This document shows, piece after piece, positions 10,705 to 24,300 of a DNA stretch of 64,000 nucleotides. The position numbers and the translations under genes are program-made. Position 1 is the stretch's first letter. Each line of letters begins with the position of its first letter. The DNA comes from a virus (lineage: Duplodnaviria; Caudoviricetes): the IMG/VR virus record IMGVR_UViG_3300011008_000999; one strand, given 5' to 3'. A model generated the notes under the pieces. That model was given only the letters and a program-made list of their open reading frames with translations. It was not told the DNA's origin and made no database searches.

Positions 10705-12039
10705 TTACATAAATTCTTTAATTACCCAAGTTCCACCATTTTGTTCAACTAACATATAAGTTTCAAGTTTATACTTAAATCCAGTTGAAGTGATAATTGA
10801 ATACTCAACATATACATTATATCCTAACTGGTTAGGCTCAGTATATGCGCTAAACTTATTTATTTCTACAAACTGTGCGTTGTAGTTATTAAACTGACGG
10901 AAGTTCTGGAAATCCTGTGATGTGTCCATTGTACCATCATAAAGCGCTTTAAGAGTATTATTTACCTTAGTGCGCATCTTAGCTTCAGTATCTTCATCTA
11001 CTTTCTTCTCTTCATCAAATGCAAATACTGGATCTATAGTGATTTCATCAAAATTAGTCATATCAGTTTCAACTAATGAGTAAAGATTCATATTACCAAC
11101 AACTGCATAACCAGTAGTAACAACAGTTACACCATCAGCATCATACTGATATGCAAGTTTAACTGGTACATAGAAACTATATCTCTCACGAATAATATCA
11201 CCAGACTGCATAACTATTCCGTTTGCTGTCATATAATAATGTTTAGTTTCACCAGTTTTAGTTGTCTGATAATCAATAGATGTATTAGGAATATCAGAAG
11301 GCTCTTCTTCCTCAACTTCTACTTCCTGTTCTACCTGTTTGATAACTGGATTACCATCTTCATCTAAAATTGGATTACCATCTTCATCAGTCTCAGGTAC
11401 TGGATTACCGTCTTCATCTAACAAATCAACCATAACTGTTTCAGTTTCTGTCTGTGGTTTAGTTGATTCTGTAGTTGTATTTAAGTCTGCACCAAATCCA
11501 CTTCTCTTTAACTGTTCAAGAATGTTAGGATCAGTAATCATAACATCATTCTTAGTAGTAACAATATCTACTGAGAAATAAACTTGTGCTAAAGTAGGAC
11601 TAAGTTTTCTTACCTTAAAGATATAGCAAGAATCCTGATCTACTTCTACAGACTGAATATCTTTACCCTGATTTGCTTTATTATCATTATAGTATTTCTT
11701 AAATAAAGTAGCACAATTATCTCGAATATAACCATCAAGACCTTCACTAGGATAAATATCTGTATATCTAGCTTGTCCTATTGCGTTATATACATCGTCC
11801 ATTGTCAAACCTTTTTTGAAGAAAGTATTGTAGGTACCAAATGTAATTAAAATACCTGCAATTACTACAATAATCAAAATAATTATGACTTTATTTACTT
11901 TTTGCTTACTATGTAAAGCTTGTATTTTTCTCTGTCTTTCTAAAATTTGCTGCTGAATTTCAGCTTCTTGTTCACGCTCTTTTTGCGCGCGTTCTTCTTC
12001 AAGCTGCTCAGGCGTTTTTCCTAATACTACCTTTGGCAT
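10705..12039 (-). CDS. Bitopic conjugal transfer protein, TcpC/VirB8-like
   Basis: Charged N-terminus, one TM, two NTF2-like-looking segments ending in ...GGTWVIK; acidic DEDGNP x3 insert; first gene of the operon. Confidence 0.5.
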   Translation of the reverse strand: MPKVVLGKTPEQLEEERAQKEREQEAEIQQQILERQRKIQALHSKQKVNKVIIILIIVVIAGILITFGTYNTFFKKGLTMDDVYNAIGQARYTDIYPSEGLDGYIRDNCATLFKKYYNDNKANQGKDIQSVEVDQDSCYIFKVRKLSPTLAQVYFSVDIVTTKNDVMITDPNILEQLKRSGFGADLNTTTESTKPQTETETVMVDLLDEDGNPVPETDEDGNPILDEDGNPVIKQVEQEVEVEEEEPSDIPNTSIDYQTTKTGETKHYYMTANGIVMQSGDIIRERYSFYVPVKLAYQYDADGVTVVTTGYAVVGNMNLYSLVETDMTNFDEITIDPVFAFDEEKKVDEDTEAKMRTKVNNTLKALYDGTMDTSQDFQNFRQFNNYNAQFVEINKFSAYTEPNQLGYNVYVEYSIITSTGFKYKLETYMLVEQNGGTWVIKEFM

Positions 12040-12055
12040 TTTGTAATTTCCTCCT

Positions 12056-12108
12056 GTTATAGAATATCAGTTATAGAATATCGACTAGTTAGTCTATCCA
12101 ACTAGTCG
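12056..12108. promoter_or_regulatory. Direct repeat (GTTATAGAATATC x2) abutting a 9-bp perfect inverted repeat in an operon leader
   Basis: gttatagaatatca-gttatagaatatcg; cgactagtt-N9-aactagtcg. Confidence 0.6.
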
Positions 12109-12133
12109 TTGGATTTGACGTTTTTGTATATAA

Positions 12134-12143
12134 ATTAAATAGC
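12134..12143 (-). promoter_or_regulatory. Class-2 motif GCTATTTAAT
   Basis: One of 8 copies, upstream of the operon starting at 12039. Confidence 0.65.
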
Positions 12144-12159
12144 TCTTCATAAATGTATT

Positions 12160-12191
12160 CTATTTACTTCATAGAGGATTTCTGTTATAAT
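12160..12191 (+). promoter_or_regulatory. Class-1 sigma70-type promoter CTATTTAC-N18-TATAAT
   Basis: ctatttac ttcatagaggatttctgt tataat; no ORF downstream. Confidence 0.7.
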
Positions 12192-12256
12192 AAATATAGA
12201 AACTATAATACTCGTAATTAAAGTTCCTTCTGAGTCAATCTGGTTAATTGTAGATA

Positions 12257-12302
12257 TAAAAAAGGAAACCCGATAGAGGTTTTTATTCCTCTACCGGGTT
12301 TC
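12257..12302 (-). terminator. Intrinsic terminator of the adhesin gene (possibly bidirectional)
   Basis: gaaacccgatagagg...cctctaccgggtttc preceded by an A-run on +. Confidence 0.75.
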
Positions 12303-12339
12303 GTCATAAGATGAGTTTGAGAACTAAAACAGTTCTATA

Positions 12340-15300
12340 TTAGAATCCAGAGTCGTTGTGACCATCGCCATCAATTTCCTCTGTCATCATACCAGTAATT
12401 GCATCCTCAACTGCTTCCTCATCCATCTCCTCTACATTATCTGTAGTATCATCGACGTCTGTTACTACCTTCTTTCTCTTGGTCGCGAAGAAAGCTCCAA
12501 CGCAAAGTAAACCAATGAGTGCAAGGATCGTAATAGGAAGTATAGGCAAGTTATCGCCAGTCTTAGGTGGAATGATTATAATCTTATCGAACATCTTAAG
12601 ATTAATTGCACATACACCATCAGATTCACGAGACATATCATTATCTGTGAATGTAGTCTTAGTGTTAGTAGCTCCATCGTAGTATGCAGTTCCCTTAATA
12701 GGAATTACATCCTCACAAAGCTTATATCCGAAAGGTGCTTTGGTTTCCTTAGCATAGAAGAGCTGGTTCTCATCATAAGTAATAATTATGAATTCTACCT
12801 CACCCTTTTCGTTAGTCTTACCAACGCAATCATTACCATTAATATCCTTTGCCAACTGTGTGCACTTTTCGTCTACATAGATTGAAATCTCTGCATTCTT
12901 AAGTACATATACGTGGTTATCAAAGTCAGACTTAACGAGCTTAACATGAAGTTTCATGACTGTATCGAATGTCTGGTTCTCATCATTAATATCAGAGTGT
13001 GTTCCAACTCTTACCTTCTCGAGATAAAGATCCTCGAATACAACTACTCTTCTACCTGCAGTAAGTGCTGCATTGAACTCAAACTTAACTTCTACAGTAC
13101 CAGAAGCTAATCCATCTTTGATGGTTGAGTTAGATTCGTCAGGTTTGAATGTTGTACTAGCTGTAATCTTGTTACCATTAGCATCCTTTACGTACTCATA
13201 ATCCTTACTATCACCATAATCTCTCTTGAATACGAGTGTACCAGTTACGGTATACTCTTTTCCAGGAATGAGATTCTCGTAAGTTACAGTATCAATAATA
13301 GTCTGTGTCTTGGTACCATCAAGTTGTACATTAGTATTTCCATTTGCATCCTTGACAGTAGTTCTAATCTTAGGACAATAAATTGTCTGATCTTCGTCCT
13401 CGATATCTTTGTGTTCAGCTACGGCTTCCTTATTTGCAGTACCATCTTTCTTAGCACCAACATATAAGCATTCTTCGAATACTACTAATGTTTTGCCTTC
13501 AAGTCCTGTGGTATCGAGTGTGAAGATAACTTCAACTTTACCAGAAGATTCAGCAGGTAAGAATCTGGTTGTAGCTGTAACAGCCTTACCATCTTTATCT
13601 GTGATTGCTTTTCCGGTTGCCTTGTCCATAATAGTACCAGACATCTCGTACCATACACCAGGAAGTAACTTGTTATATTCAACAACATCAATAAGCTGTG
13701 CTGTCTCGCTATAAGGTACTACCTTTTCACGATACTCAGCATTACCATCTGTTGCTTTTACATAACCGTTTGCTGTGGTACCAATTTCAGGAACGAACAT
13801 CCACTGCCACTGGTCGTCAATCTCTGCATGTGTTGCTACTTTAATTTCACCATATTTGCAATCCTCAAATGCAACTACGTGAGTTCCTTTGAGTGCGGTA
13901 GAATCAAAAGTAAATACAAGATCTACGTTACCAGATGCAATTAATTTACCATTACTAATAGATACCTGAGTATCAGGTAATGTATTAGGAGTAAATGTCT
14001 TTGTAGCAGTAACTCTAACGTCCTCGCCATTAGCATCTTTTACTAAAATAGGTTCTCCAGTATCAACGTTTACAAGGTAACCTTCGATTGTATATTCCTT
14101 ATCTGCCTGCAAACTTACGAATGTAACAGTATCGGTAATAGTCTCGGTAGTATTCCAACGTGATACGTGATCACCAATAACAGTGTCAGTCAAGTGTGTG
14201 AAGATTCTAGGAACAAGAATTGTCTGATCTTCATCCTCGATATCTGCATGAACTGCGTATACACGACTGTTCTCTTCATCAGAGATGCATCTTTCGAATG
14301 CAACGATCTGTGTACTCTTGGTAACATTGATCTTCTCTTCATCAGAGATACCACGCTCTGCACGAGCTTCTTCTCCAGTGTATTCATTTGTAATAACTCT
14401 AGTATCGTCATTACCAGATACATCTGTAGGCTCTACGACAAGATTTCCATCTACATCCACTTCAGGAGCAGTACCAGTATCGGTTACTGTTCTATTAATG
14501 TTGAGATGATCTTTGTCGAGATATTCGTCAAAATCGTGTAACTGATCTGCAGGAATTGTGAATGAAATTTCTACATAACCTTCACCAGTTTCAGAAGCAG
14601 TAAAGCTCTTATCCTCAGTGATCTTAGTGAGAACTGTATTTCCTTCATCATCAGTAGATGTTAAGTAATAAGGTTCACCAGTAGTCTTGTTCATCAATAC
14701 ACACTGCATAATATAGTTCTTACCAGGAACAAGTCCCTTGTAGTGTATAGTATCAATAACAGTAGCATCTTCCTCAAGAGGAACCACATGAGTTTCAGTA
14801 TGAGATTCAATGAACTCAGTATGAAGCTCAGGGATAACGATGGTCTGCTCTTCATCTGTAATGTCATTATGATATGCATAGCAATCATTAGGAACAGCTA
14901 CAGATTCGTCAGGAACATAAGTGTTATTTGTACCAAGAAGCATGTACTCATAAACTACAAATGTACCACCATTACGTGCATCTGTCTTGTTGAGTTTGAG
15001 ATCTATATCGAGCTCACTATCAACTGCGATTACGTCTACACAACCATCTTTTCCACATTCGCACTTATACTCAGCAGCTGCACCAGTAGCTACGCCAGCA
15101 GGTGAGTGATATGGAGTATACTGTACAAACTTAGATCCATCTGTAAGGTTAGTAACAGCCTTACCAGTATCTTTGTTTACTACAATAGTAACTAATGTGT
15201 AATCAGTGTCAGGTGTAATCTTGTTCATGCTTACAGTATCTTTAATCTTCCAATCGTAGTTCTCAAGATCAGAAGCATTGAGATACCATTCATCACTAGT

Positions 15301-18300
15301 AGCGTTACCACTTACAGTGATTGTATGTTCTCCAGTTTCAGCATCAATAGCAGTAGTATGAAGGTCAGGTACAGTTACCTGCTGCTCTACCTTAGTAAAG
15401 TCATTCTCAATGAGAACTTCATGTCCTTCTGTATCAAATTCACCGAAGTACAGTCTTTCCTCGAACATGATGGTCTTACCCTTGTACTCAGTTGCATCAA
15501 GAGTGAGATCGATGTCTACAAGAATAGGATTTGCGTCAGTACCAAAGAGTAACTGATTGAAATCTGTTCCGTTTCCATCATTGTGCTTAGCAAAGAATGC
15601 TTCACCACTATTATCAACACCATTGATTGTAGTAACATAAGGAGTAATTACCTTACCATCAGTGTCGCGTTTAACGTCAACAACAACCTTCTTAGTAGCT
15701 GTGAACTGCTTACCGTTTGCATCAACAATAGGCTCGCCATTTTCAGCATCTACTGCAGCAATTCTTAAAGTAAATGTGCTAGGAATAATATCAGTAATAG
15801 TAAGGTCTGTGTTCTCAAGATCGCTCTTGATTACAGTATCGAGACCTACGTTCTTGATCTCAACAGTATCAGTTACAGTCTGGTTAGGAGCTGCCTGAAT
15901 CTGTCTATCATTCGCACTAACTGCGGCTGTGTTTGCAGGATCTGCAACTGTAGAAGTTACAGTTGTTCTGAATGTAGGAAGATGTACAGTCTGTCTCTCA
16001 TCATAAATATTGTTGTGAACTGCATACTTAAAGTCAGTATGGCCTTCATCACCAAAGCTTAATGATTCGAAGCATACCCATGAAGGGTCACTCTCCCAAT
16101 CCAGTGCAGTTAATACCTGCTTAAATGTAATAGGAACCTCACATGTACCATAAGCTCTTCCAGTGACAGGGTCAATAGTTGAGTTGCCAGCAGTAGGAGT
16201 GAATGTCTTTACTGCTACTACAGGATTTCCTTCAGCATCCAATACAGGAAGCTTAGTTTCCTGATCCATAAGTTCTGCAGTAAATGTCCAAGGCTTACCT
16301 ACAATAAGGTTTCTATAAGTTACAGTATCGTATACAGTTACGTCTGCATACTGTCTATTTACTACCTTGTACTCAGTTCCCTCATGTTTATTAACGAGAT
16401 GTGTTTCAATTTCAGGAATAGAAACTGTCTGCTTCTCATCGTTAATATCTTCATGAAGTGCGATAAGTACTTCAGTATCACCATCATCATGGAGTACATA
16501 CTTACTAACGTATAAAGTACCATAAGCAATTTCCTGTACAAAATGATGTCCAGTAGCCTGCTGATGAATCGTAGCTTTACCATAAGTATTAAAGCGTTCT
16601 CCACAATTTGGATCTGTACAAATATAAATCATAGATCTTGAATCCATAGATGCATTTTCAGGTACGTATTTACCATCTGCATGTACACCTGCATGACCAG
16701 GAAGATCCATATAAACTCTTTCACATACTACAAGCTCGCGCTTAGCGTACTGTCCAGAGTCTTTTACTGTGTACTGCATCTCTACACTACCTTCAGGAAC
16801 ATCAGTAAGTGTAAAGTTCTTAGATGAATATGCTACGTAAGGCGTATCAAGACCATTGTTTGTATCAATAAATCTCTTACCTTCTTCATCATATCCAACA
16901 AGGTATACATAACCTTCAACTCTAATATCTACAGATTCTGCAAGATTACTATAATCAATTCTATCTCTAAGAACTACATCGCCCTTAATCATATTTCCGT
17001 CAAGATCCCAAGATCTACCATTAGGAAGAACTCCTTCATCTCCAGCTTCTGACATAGCAGTAGTTTTGATCTGAAGCCATCTAATGTTCTCATCTTCTTC
17101 ATCAAGATCGTAATTATGATGTTTGAGACAAATATTACGTTTGTTGTAAAGTTCAACTCTTACAAATACTGAAATAGTATCTTCAGGATTGTTAGGAATT
17201 ACCCAATCCATCATACCTAAGTCACTAAATGTAAATTCACCGTCACAAGGACCTTCGAGTGAACCCTGAACTAATACATCATCTGATTCATCATCAGGTG
17301 TACCGTTTTCATCAATAATATCTGTACCATGTAATACATGATCGAGATCTTTATCAATATAAATTGATACTCTAGTCTTGCATTCATTACCATAAATGTC
17401 TTTAACGACGAAGGTTTCACCTGCACTGTTAACACCTATAAGTTCTGCTCTGAAACTATAGTTCTGCTTATCTCCAAGATTGCTATAAACAATCTTATCA
17501 TCAACAAGAGTATAACCTACAATTTCACCATCAGCATTGTAAACAAGCTGACCAGAAGTAGCAACATTATTAACAAGAGGCATTCCCTTTTCGCCATAAG
17601 CATATCTACCAAGTCCAGCTACTCTTGTACGAGTAGTTTTATCAGTAGATTCAGTTACAAACTTAATAATACCAACATACTGAGTCTTTTCATTAAGCTC
17701 TGCATTATGCTGTTTTACTAAGCTCCATCCTGATGCACCCATGCTCTTATAAAGATCAACTGCAAAGGCAATCTTTTCACCTTCCTGACACATAGAAGTA
17801 TCAACGTTGAAATCCTGAATGATGCTCAAATTATAAAGAACATTGAATCTATCATTTGTAGGATCATTATTAGGAGCAGATTCACGAGTAAAGTTACCAT
17901 CATGATCTCTGAATACTACGTAGTTATTATCTATAATAGTATATGAACCAGTATCATCTGTAAATGTACCAGAAACAACAGATGTAAAGTTAGGATCAGC
18001 ATTTCTAAGAGTATTGTACTTTCTATTGTTGGTAGGATTTGTGTACTTGCTTCCAGTGAAGTCAAGTGTGCACATATCTGTTTCCTGGAGTAACTCTATA
18101 GGATTGCCGTCTTCATCACATCTCCAGATATAAGTCTTGTAACCATATCTCTGTGAAGTATTAAGTCCACCGAATGTGACCGTATCACGAAGTAAACCAT
18201 GATCACTAGGAATAGTTGAATTGGTTTCGTCTATAGCATCTAATGCTTCAGACTGAATAGTAAGAGGATCATCTACACCGATATCTAAATCATCGGGAAG

Positions 18301-21300
18301 AAGTACAGGATTAGGATTATCATGTACTACTCTGAGAGTAGAACTAATCATATCATAATCTTCTGTATTCCATATAATTGTTCTAACTTTACCATTTCCA
18401 AGATTTACTTCTTCAATTGCGTCTTCAGGATTTACACCTGGATCATTAAATTTAGGATAACCATATTTAGATACACGAGGAATCTCCTGAATTACGTATG
18501 TACCAGCAAGTAAAGCACCTCTTTCTTTAATAACGTACTTACTATTAGGATTCTCAAGTTCAATATCACCGAACCAAATATTACCAGTTGCAGCTGCTTT
18601 AAGATCCTCTTTTGAGCCAGTCCATACTAACTTATTAAGGTCTGGATCGAATTCTACATAATCATCATACTTGTTAAGATTATCGACAGTCTTAGGACGT
18701 GCATCCCAGTTTCTAGAATCGAACATTGCATCAAAATCAAGTACAAATACATGCTCTTCGATTACATTATAGCTACCATCTTCATTCTGAATAGGATCAC
18801 CATTCGCATCAGACTCTACAAGTGAAATTAACCAAGGAACATAATGCATAAAATCACCATCAATGTTAGCTTTCTGCATCTTAAAATCACCACGAACAGG
18901 TAAATCGCTCCAAGTGAAATGATATTCCTGTGGCTCATAAGTAGATCCAGTCTGCTTATTGGTAGTAGTTCCAACATATCCACGAATAGTTCTATCGTCT
19001 TCAGTGTGAACATCGTAACCTGAACCAATTTCATGTCTCCACTCAGGCTGAACTACAAAATACTTATTAATGTATTCATTCCAAGTGTACCATTCATTAG
19101 CTCTATCATCAGTACCAAAATACTGACCTTCCTGACCAGCAACACCATTTACAGCTGTAGTAGCTTTATGAGCTGCATAATCTTTCTGCCAATCCTTATA
19201 TGCTTCCATAGCAGCATCATTCCATACGAAGTGAGGCTTAATAGTGTTACCATAACAAGTAACTTCTACAAGCTGACCGCTATTGTTAGGAAGATTGATT
19301 GTTCTCTGCTGTGTATTATAAGAATCATTGATACGAAGCTCATATACTTCATAAGTACCATAAGGTAAATGATCTATACGGCATGTACCAGTGTCATCAG
19401 TCTCAAGAACTGCGATTACTTCATCAGGTTCAAAATATCTATCCTCAGCATTTTCAAGATCCTCAGTATAAGGATAGCATACAGACCAATAAGATCTGTT
19501 TACAACCGCAAACTGAACGTGAGCAAGACTATTTGCACCCTGATTATAGTCAGGAATCTTGGTTTCATCATCCTGCTTAGTAATTATAATATTACCATAT
19601 ACAGTTTCATTATCCCAAGTATTTTCGTTGTTGTCATCTACTTCATGTAAATTACCCATCATTATAAGGCGTCCATTGTTAGTATATCCAGTATGGAGAT
19701 CTGAACCATCTTCAGCCTTAGTATCTTCGAGTGTGTAATAGAAGTAAATGTCATCTCTATAAAGCATTGAAGGATTATTAGCAATATCTGTACGTAATCC
19801 AATAAGATCGCTGTTTACTCTATAGTTAGCAAATACACTAGAACCTAACTTAGTAGACTCATAGTAGTTATCACCAACCTGAATAGTAGCATCAGCTCTT
19901 AACTCACGGATTTCATACTGACCATAAGGAAGTCCCCATAAAGCCACGTAACCCTGCTCATATCCTTTAACTAACTCATCATCGTCATTACCTGACTTCT
20001 GGTGAGAAGTTATAATAGCAACTACACAATTAGGTGCAATTGCAACATCATTCTTAATTTCAACATAAGGCTGATCTGCTGCAGGCATCTGCTGTGTATA
20101 CTTGTCAAACATCTTTACATTATCATCAGACTTATTGATAACAACATATCTAATGTCATTCCAAGTTGAATCACCTTGAGGATGATCTAAGAATCCGTCT
20201 TCATTTGGAGCATAACAATATACTAAATCTCTCTTCCAGAATGAGAAACCATCACGGAAGACATCATCCTTATATCTACTTGTACCAGTTGAATAAAGAT
20301 CTTTATGTACGTCAAATGCACCATTTACACTGTGTGCATGGCTGTTGTAATCGGTTAAGTTATATGTAAAGTGAGTATCATTCCAATAGAATGAGTCATT
20401 TGCATAAATACTATTTCCTTTATCAGCAGTTTCCCATACATCACCAGGATGAATGTTTGCATCACGCTTTAACTCGACAACTTCATAAGTACCATAAGGT
20501 AAACCATAGATAGCAAAGTAACCATCTACCTGCTGACCTGCATAAGTACCTTCTTTTACTGCTTCAGGACCATTGTGAGTAGTAATAACGGCTACTACTT
20601 CACCAGGAGCAATCTGTCCATCAGTATTACCAACACCGTATGCAGTATTACCACCAGGGATAAACTCTACATAAGATGCCCAATTAGGATCAATTAAACC
20701 AAGCTGATCAATATCAGACTGAAGAATTTCCATAGTACGAGTTGAACGGTTAATTACTGCAAACTTAATATCATTTGCACTTGAATTACCTTCAGTAACC
20801 TCAAGATACTCTTCATCTAACTTGTAAGCCTGGAAACCATCTACCATAATCTTATCCTGATAAATATGATCTCCATCCTGTCCTGCATAAGCATAAGTGA
20901 AGTGATCAATGTTTCCAGCACCGTAGTACTGTTTATTATCTTCTGTAGTATAGTCAAATGAATATACTGTATCATCAGTTCTAAGATATGAAGGATTTGC
21001 CATATCACTTGAACCCTGATCAGTAAATGCTGCACCAATAAGTGCATCATCAGTACCAGCATCAATCTTTAACTCAACTACATCGTATTTACCATAAGGT
21101 AAACCATACATTCTGAGACAACCTTGTACACCATCTACAGTATGAGTTGTAACAATAGCACAAATACGATCTGTTCCAATTTCTACACCGTCTTTAATAG
21201 CACAGTAAGAACCATCAACAACATTGTAATTGTTTCTCATTACTACATGATGATTAGATCTGTTAATAACAGCATATCTAATTCCATCAAGTGAACCACT

Positions 21301-24300
21301 ACCCTGAGTATTGCCAAGTGTGTCATTAGAATTAGTTAAATCCTTCTTCCACATAGCAAAACCGTATCTATAGATTGCATCATCAACAGCTCCGTCTCTG
21401 TTAGACGTTTCCGAAACTTTAACAACATCATGATCCGTTCCGTTATAATCGTTTAACATAAGATGATCGGCAGTATTTCCGTCTAACCAATCCTTTTCAG
21501 AGATTGTATAACCATAAGTATTTACTGCATAACCGGTTGGAGCAGTAACTTCATATAACACATAATTATCGTCGAATGGGAACGTAATGTTTCCTGTATC
21601 ACCGTATCCATTGCTGATTGTGATATATATTGGCTTGCCATTACACAGAACAGGCTTAGCATTTACGCTATAAGAAACATCTCTTCCAAGTCCATCAGTC
21701 GCATTTATAGAATATGGACTGCTTCCAAGCGTTAAGATATTCCCATCTCCATTAGGATTATGATATGTAACATTAAACAACTCAGCATTTGACTTAGTAC
21801 TTGTGGAGAATACCTGATATACTGCTCCGTCATAAGCTCCACTACCTTCCGGAACTTTCAAAACACTATCTGCATATCCCAGCTGATCCATATCGAGGTC
21901 TGCTTTAAGAATACCTAAAGGTCTCCAAGACTCTACTTCTTTCTGATCAAAGAATACATCATTGACTGCAATTCTTCCATCAATATTGTAGTTTGTATTA
22001 GGAATGGATTGTTTTTCCTGACGACGCCAAATCTCTATATCGCCATCCCACATCCAAGCATTAGTATAATTAGCGGTTGAATAACTACCACTGGTATCAG
22101 GTGAAACTCCATCTGGTAAAACCTTGGCGGTGTATGTCTTATCACTTAAGTATAAACCCGTATCCTGATTACCGTTTCTGGGGACAACTACTTCTCTGAT
22201 TGTATAGTAACCAATCGGCCAAGCTAATATCGTGGTCTGCCCTGGGACATAAAAAGGATTTCCATCTACGAAGTACTTACCACCTATATTATTATAATAG
22301 CAAACACCGTCATTATCCGTTTTCATTCTCCATGACCGAACAACATCTCCGGTAGGATTACCATTAGTATCTATATTGTAGTAATTAATCTCATATATAG
22401 CATTTACTGCATAAATATCCGCATTGAAATCAGGAGTACCCGTAGTATCACTTACTTTTCTGACCCCTAAATAAGGAGGGTCAAACATAGGTATGTTGGT
22501 TATATTAAAACTAGTTGGATTGTTAATATTATACGAGTTTACTTTATGCGTATCCGTTCTTTCTGATAAAGTTCTATATTGAAATCCAAATCCAACTTTT
22601 GTTTCCGTACAGGTTATGTATTTATCATAAGCATCTGTATACCACAAAGTATATTCCTGAGACTGCCCGGAATATGTAGGATAGAATATAACCGGATTAC
22701 CTGATATATCATATACCTGACGTCCATCAGCATAAGTTGCAACAATTTCTGTTCCGTCTATATGATATGAACCCGTTATTAATCCGGTATATGTAGTGTT
22801 TTTGGTAATTGACATATATACATAATTCCAGCACCATGCATCCGCAGATCCTTTATATACCTGACGTTGATTAGTAGTCTCGTATGTTTGAGTCAATCCA
22901 TTTACATTTATAGTACCGGTAAGAGCACTAGCATTTCTTATTCCACCGTAATCTGTAACCGTTACAATATTTTCAGATGCCTTTGCTGCAGCATTACGGT
23001 ATGCGTCTTGCTTAGCTCCATCTATATAACTACTAACTTCGTTTGTAGATGTTGTAAACGTTTCAGTTTTATTTGATTTACCGGTATATGTAGCTTTAAC
23101 TGTACCATCTGTTGACTTTGTAAGTGTCCAGTCAACCGTTACAAATATTTGATTGCTTGTTTTACCATCTGGCGAGAGTCCGCCAGTTTCATTAGTCCAA
23201 TCTGTCCAAGATCCATTTGCAAGTTGATGGCGAGTCTTATATGTATAAGTTGTAGTCAATTTCCAAGTATCAGTATGACTTGTCCATGTACGTGCTCCAA
23301 AACCATCATTACTGAATAAAACATTAAAATTTACAATCCTTTTAGATCCATCTGAAGTATCAGCAATACTAGAAACAGTTGCCTGATAGTTAACGGTAGG
23401 TCCGACAAGACATGTTGCATATTTAGACTGTGTACTATTAGCGCCGTGACCTTCACAATCAACATCAATTGTTTTTCCATTAAATAACTGTTCAAACGTA
23501 TTTCCATTTCCGGTAATAGTTGCAGTTCCATATCCGGGTTTGCTTTCTGAAAATGCGCAGGTTCCTGTAAATGTAGAACCTGCAGACATAGTATCAACTA
23601 TATCTCTAGTAGTTTCTATACCTGTAGCAGTTCCCTGAGGTACAAAGCCATCAAGTTCATGCTCATCATAATCTACTTCCGGCACATAAATACTAACATT
23701 ACCATCAGCATCTATTACATAGTCATAACCGGTCTCTTCAATAAAAGCCTTTATGAAAAGATTTCCGTCAAGATCAGATAAATCTCTTTCTTCAGGCTCG
23801 ACCGGTTCTTCAATAATAGTAGGCTGAAAATCACTACTAAACAACTTAGAAGATTCCGTAATACCTGCAGAGTATAATCCGGTAAAGATAGCAGTAGCTT
23901 CAGAAGTAGAATCTGCTATAACATAATAATCTACATTATAGTTAGAATTAGCCCTCTTTGTACCATCTTCATTAGCTGCACCGATAATGATTGCACTCTC
24001 AATACATCCCGGAATAAACTTATTTGCAGGAAGATTATAGTTACCTGCCGCACCAATAACAACAATACCCCTAACTATTGCTTCCTGAATTACCTCTTTG
24101 ACGATAGCATTCTTTTCTACGTCAGAACCAACAAGAGAAAGGTTAATTATTTTAACATTGTTTGCTATTGCTAACTTAATACCGGCATATACAGATGCAG
24201 CATCAGTTGTAGAACCATCAAATACTCTGATAGACATTACCTTAGCATCAGGATTCTCATTCTTTATGAGTTCTAACATCCTTGAACCGTGTCCATTGGA

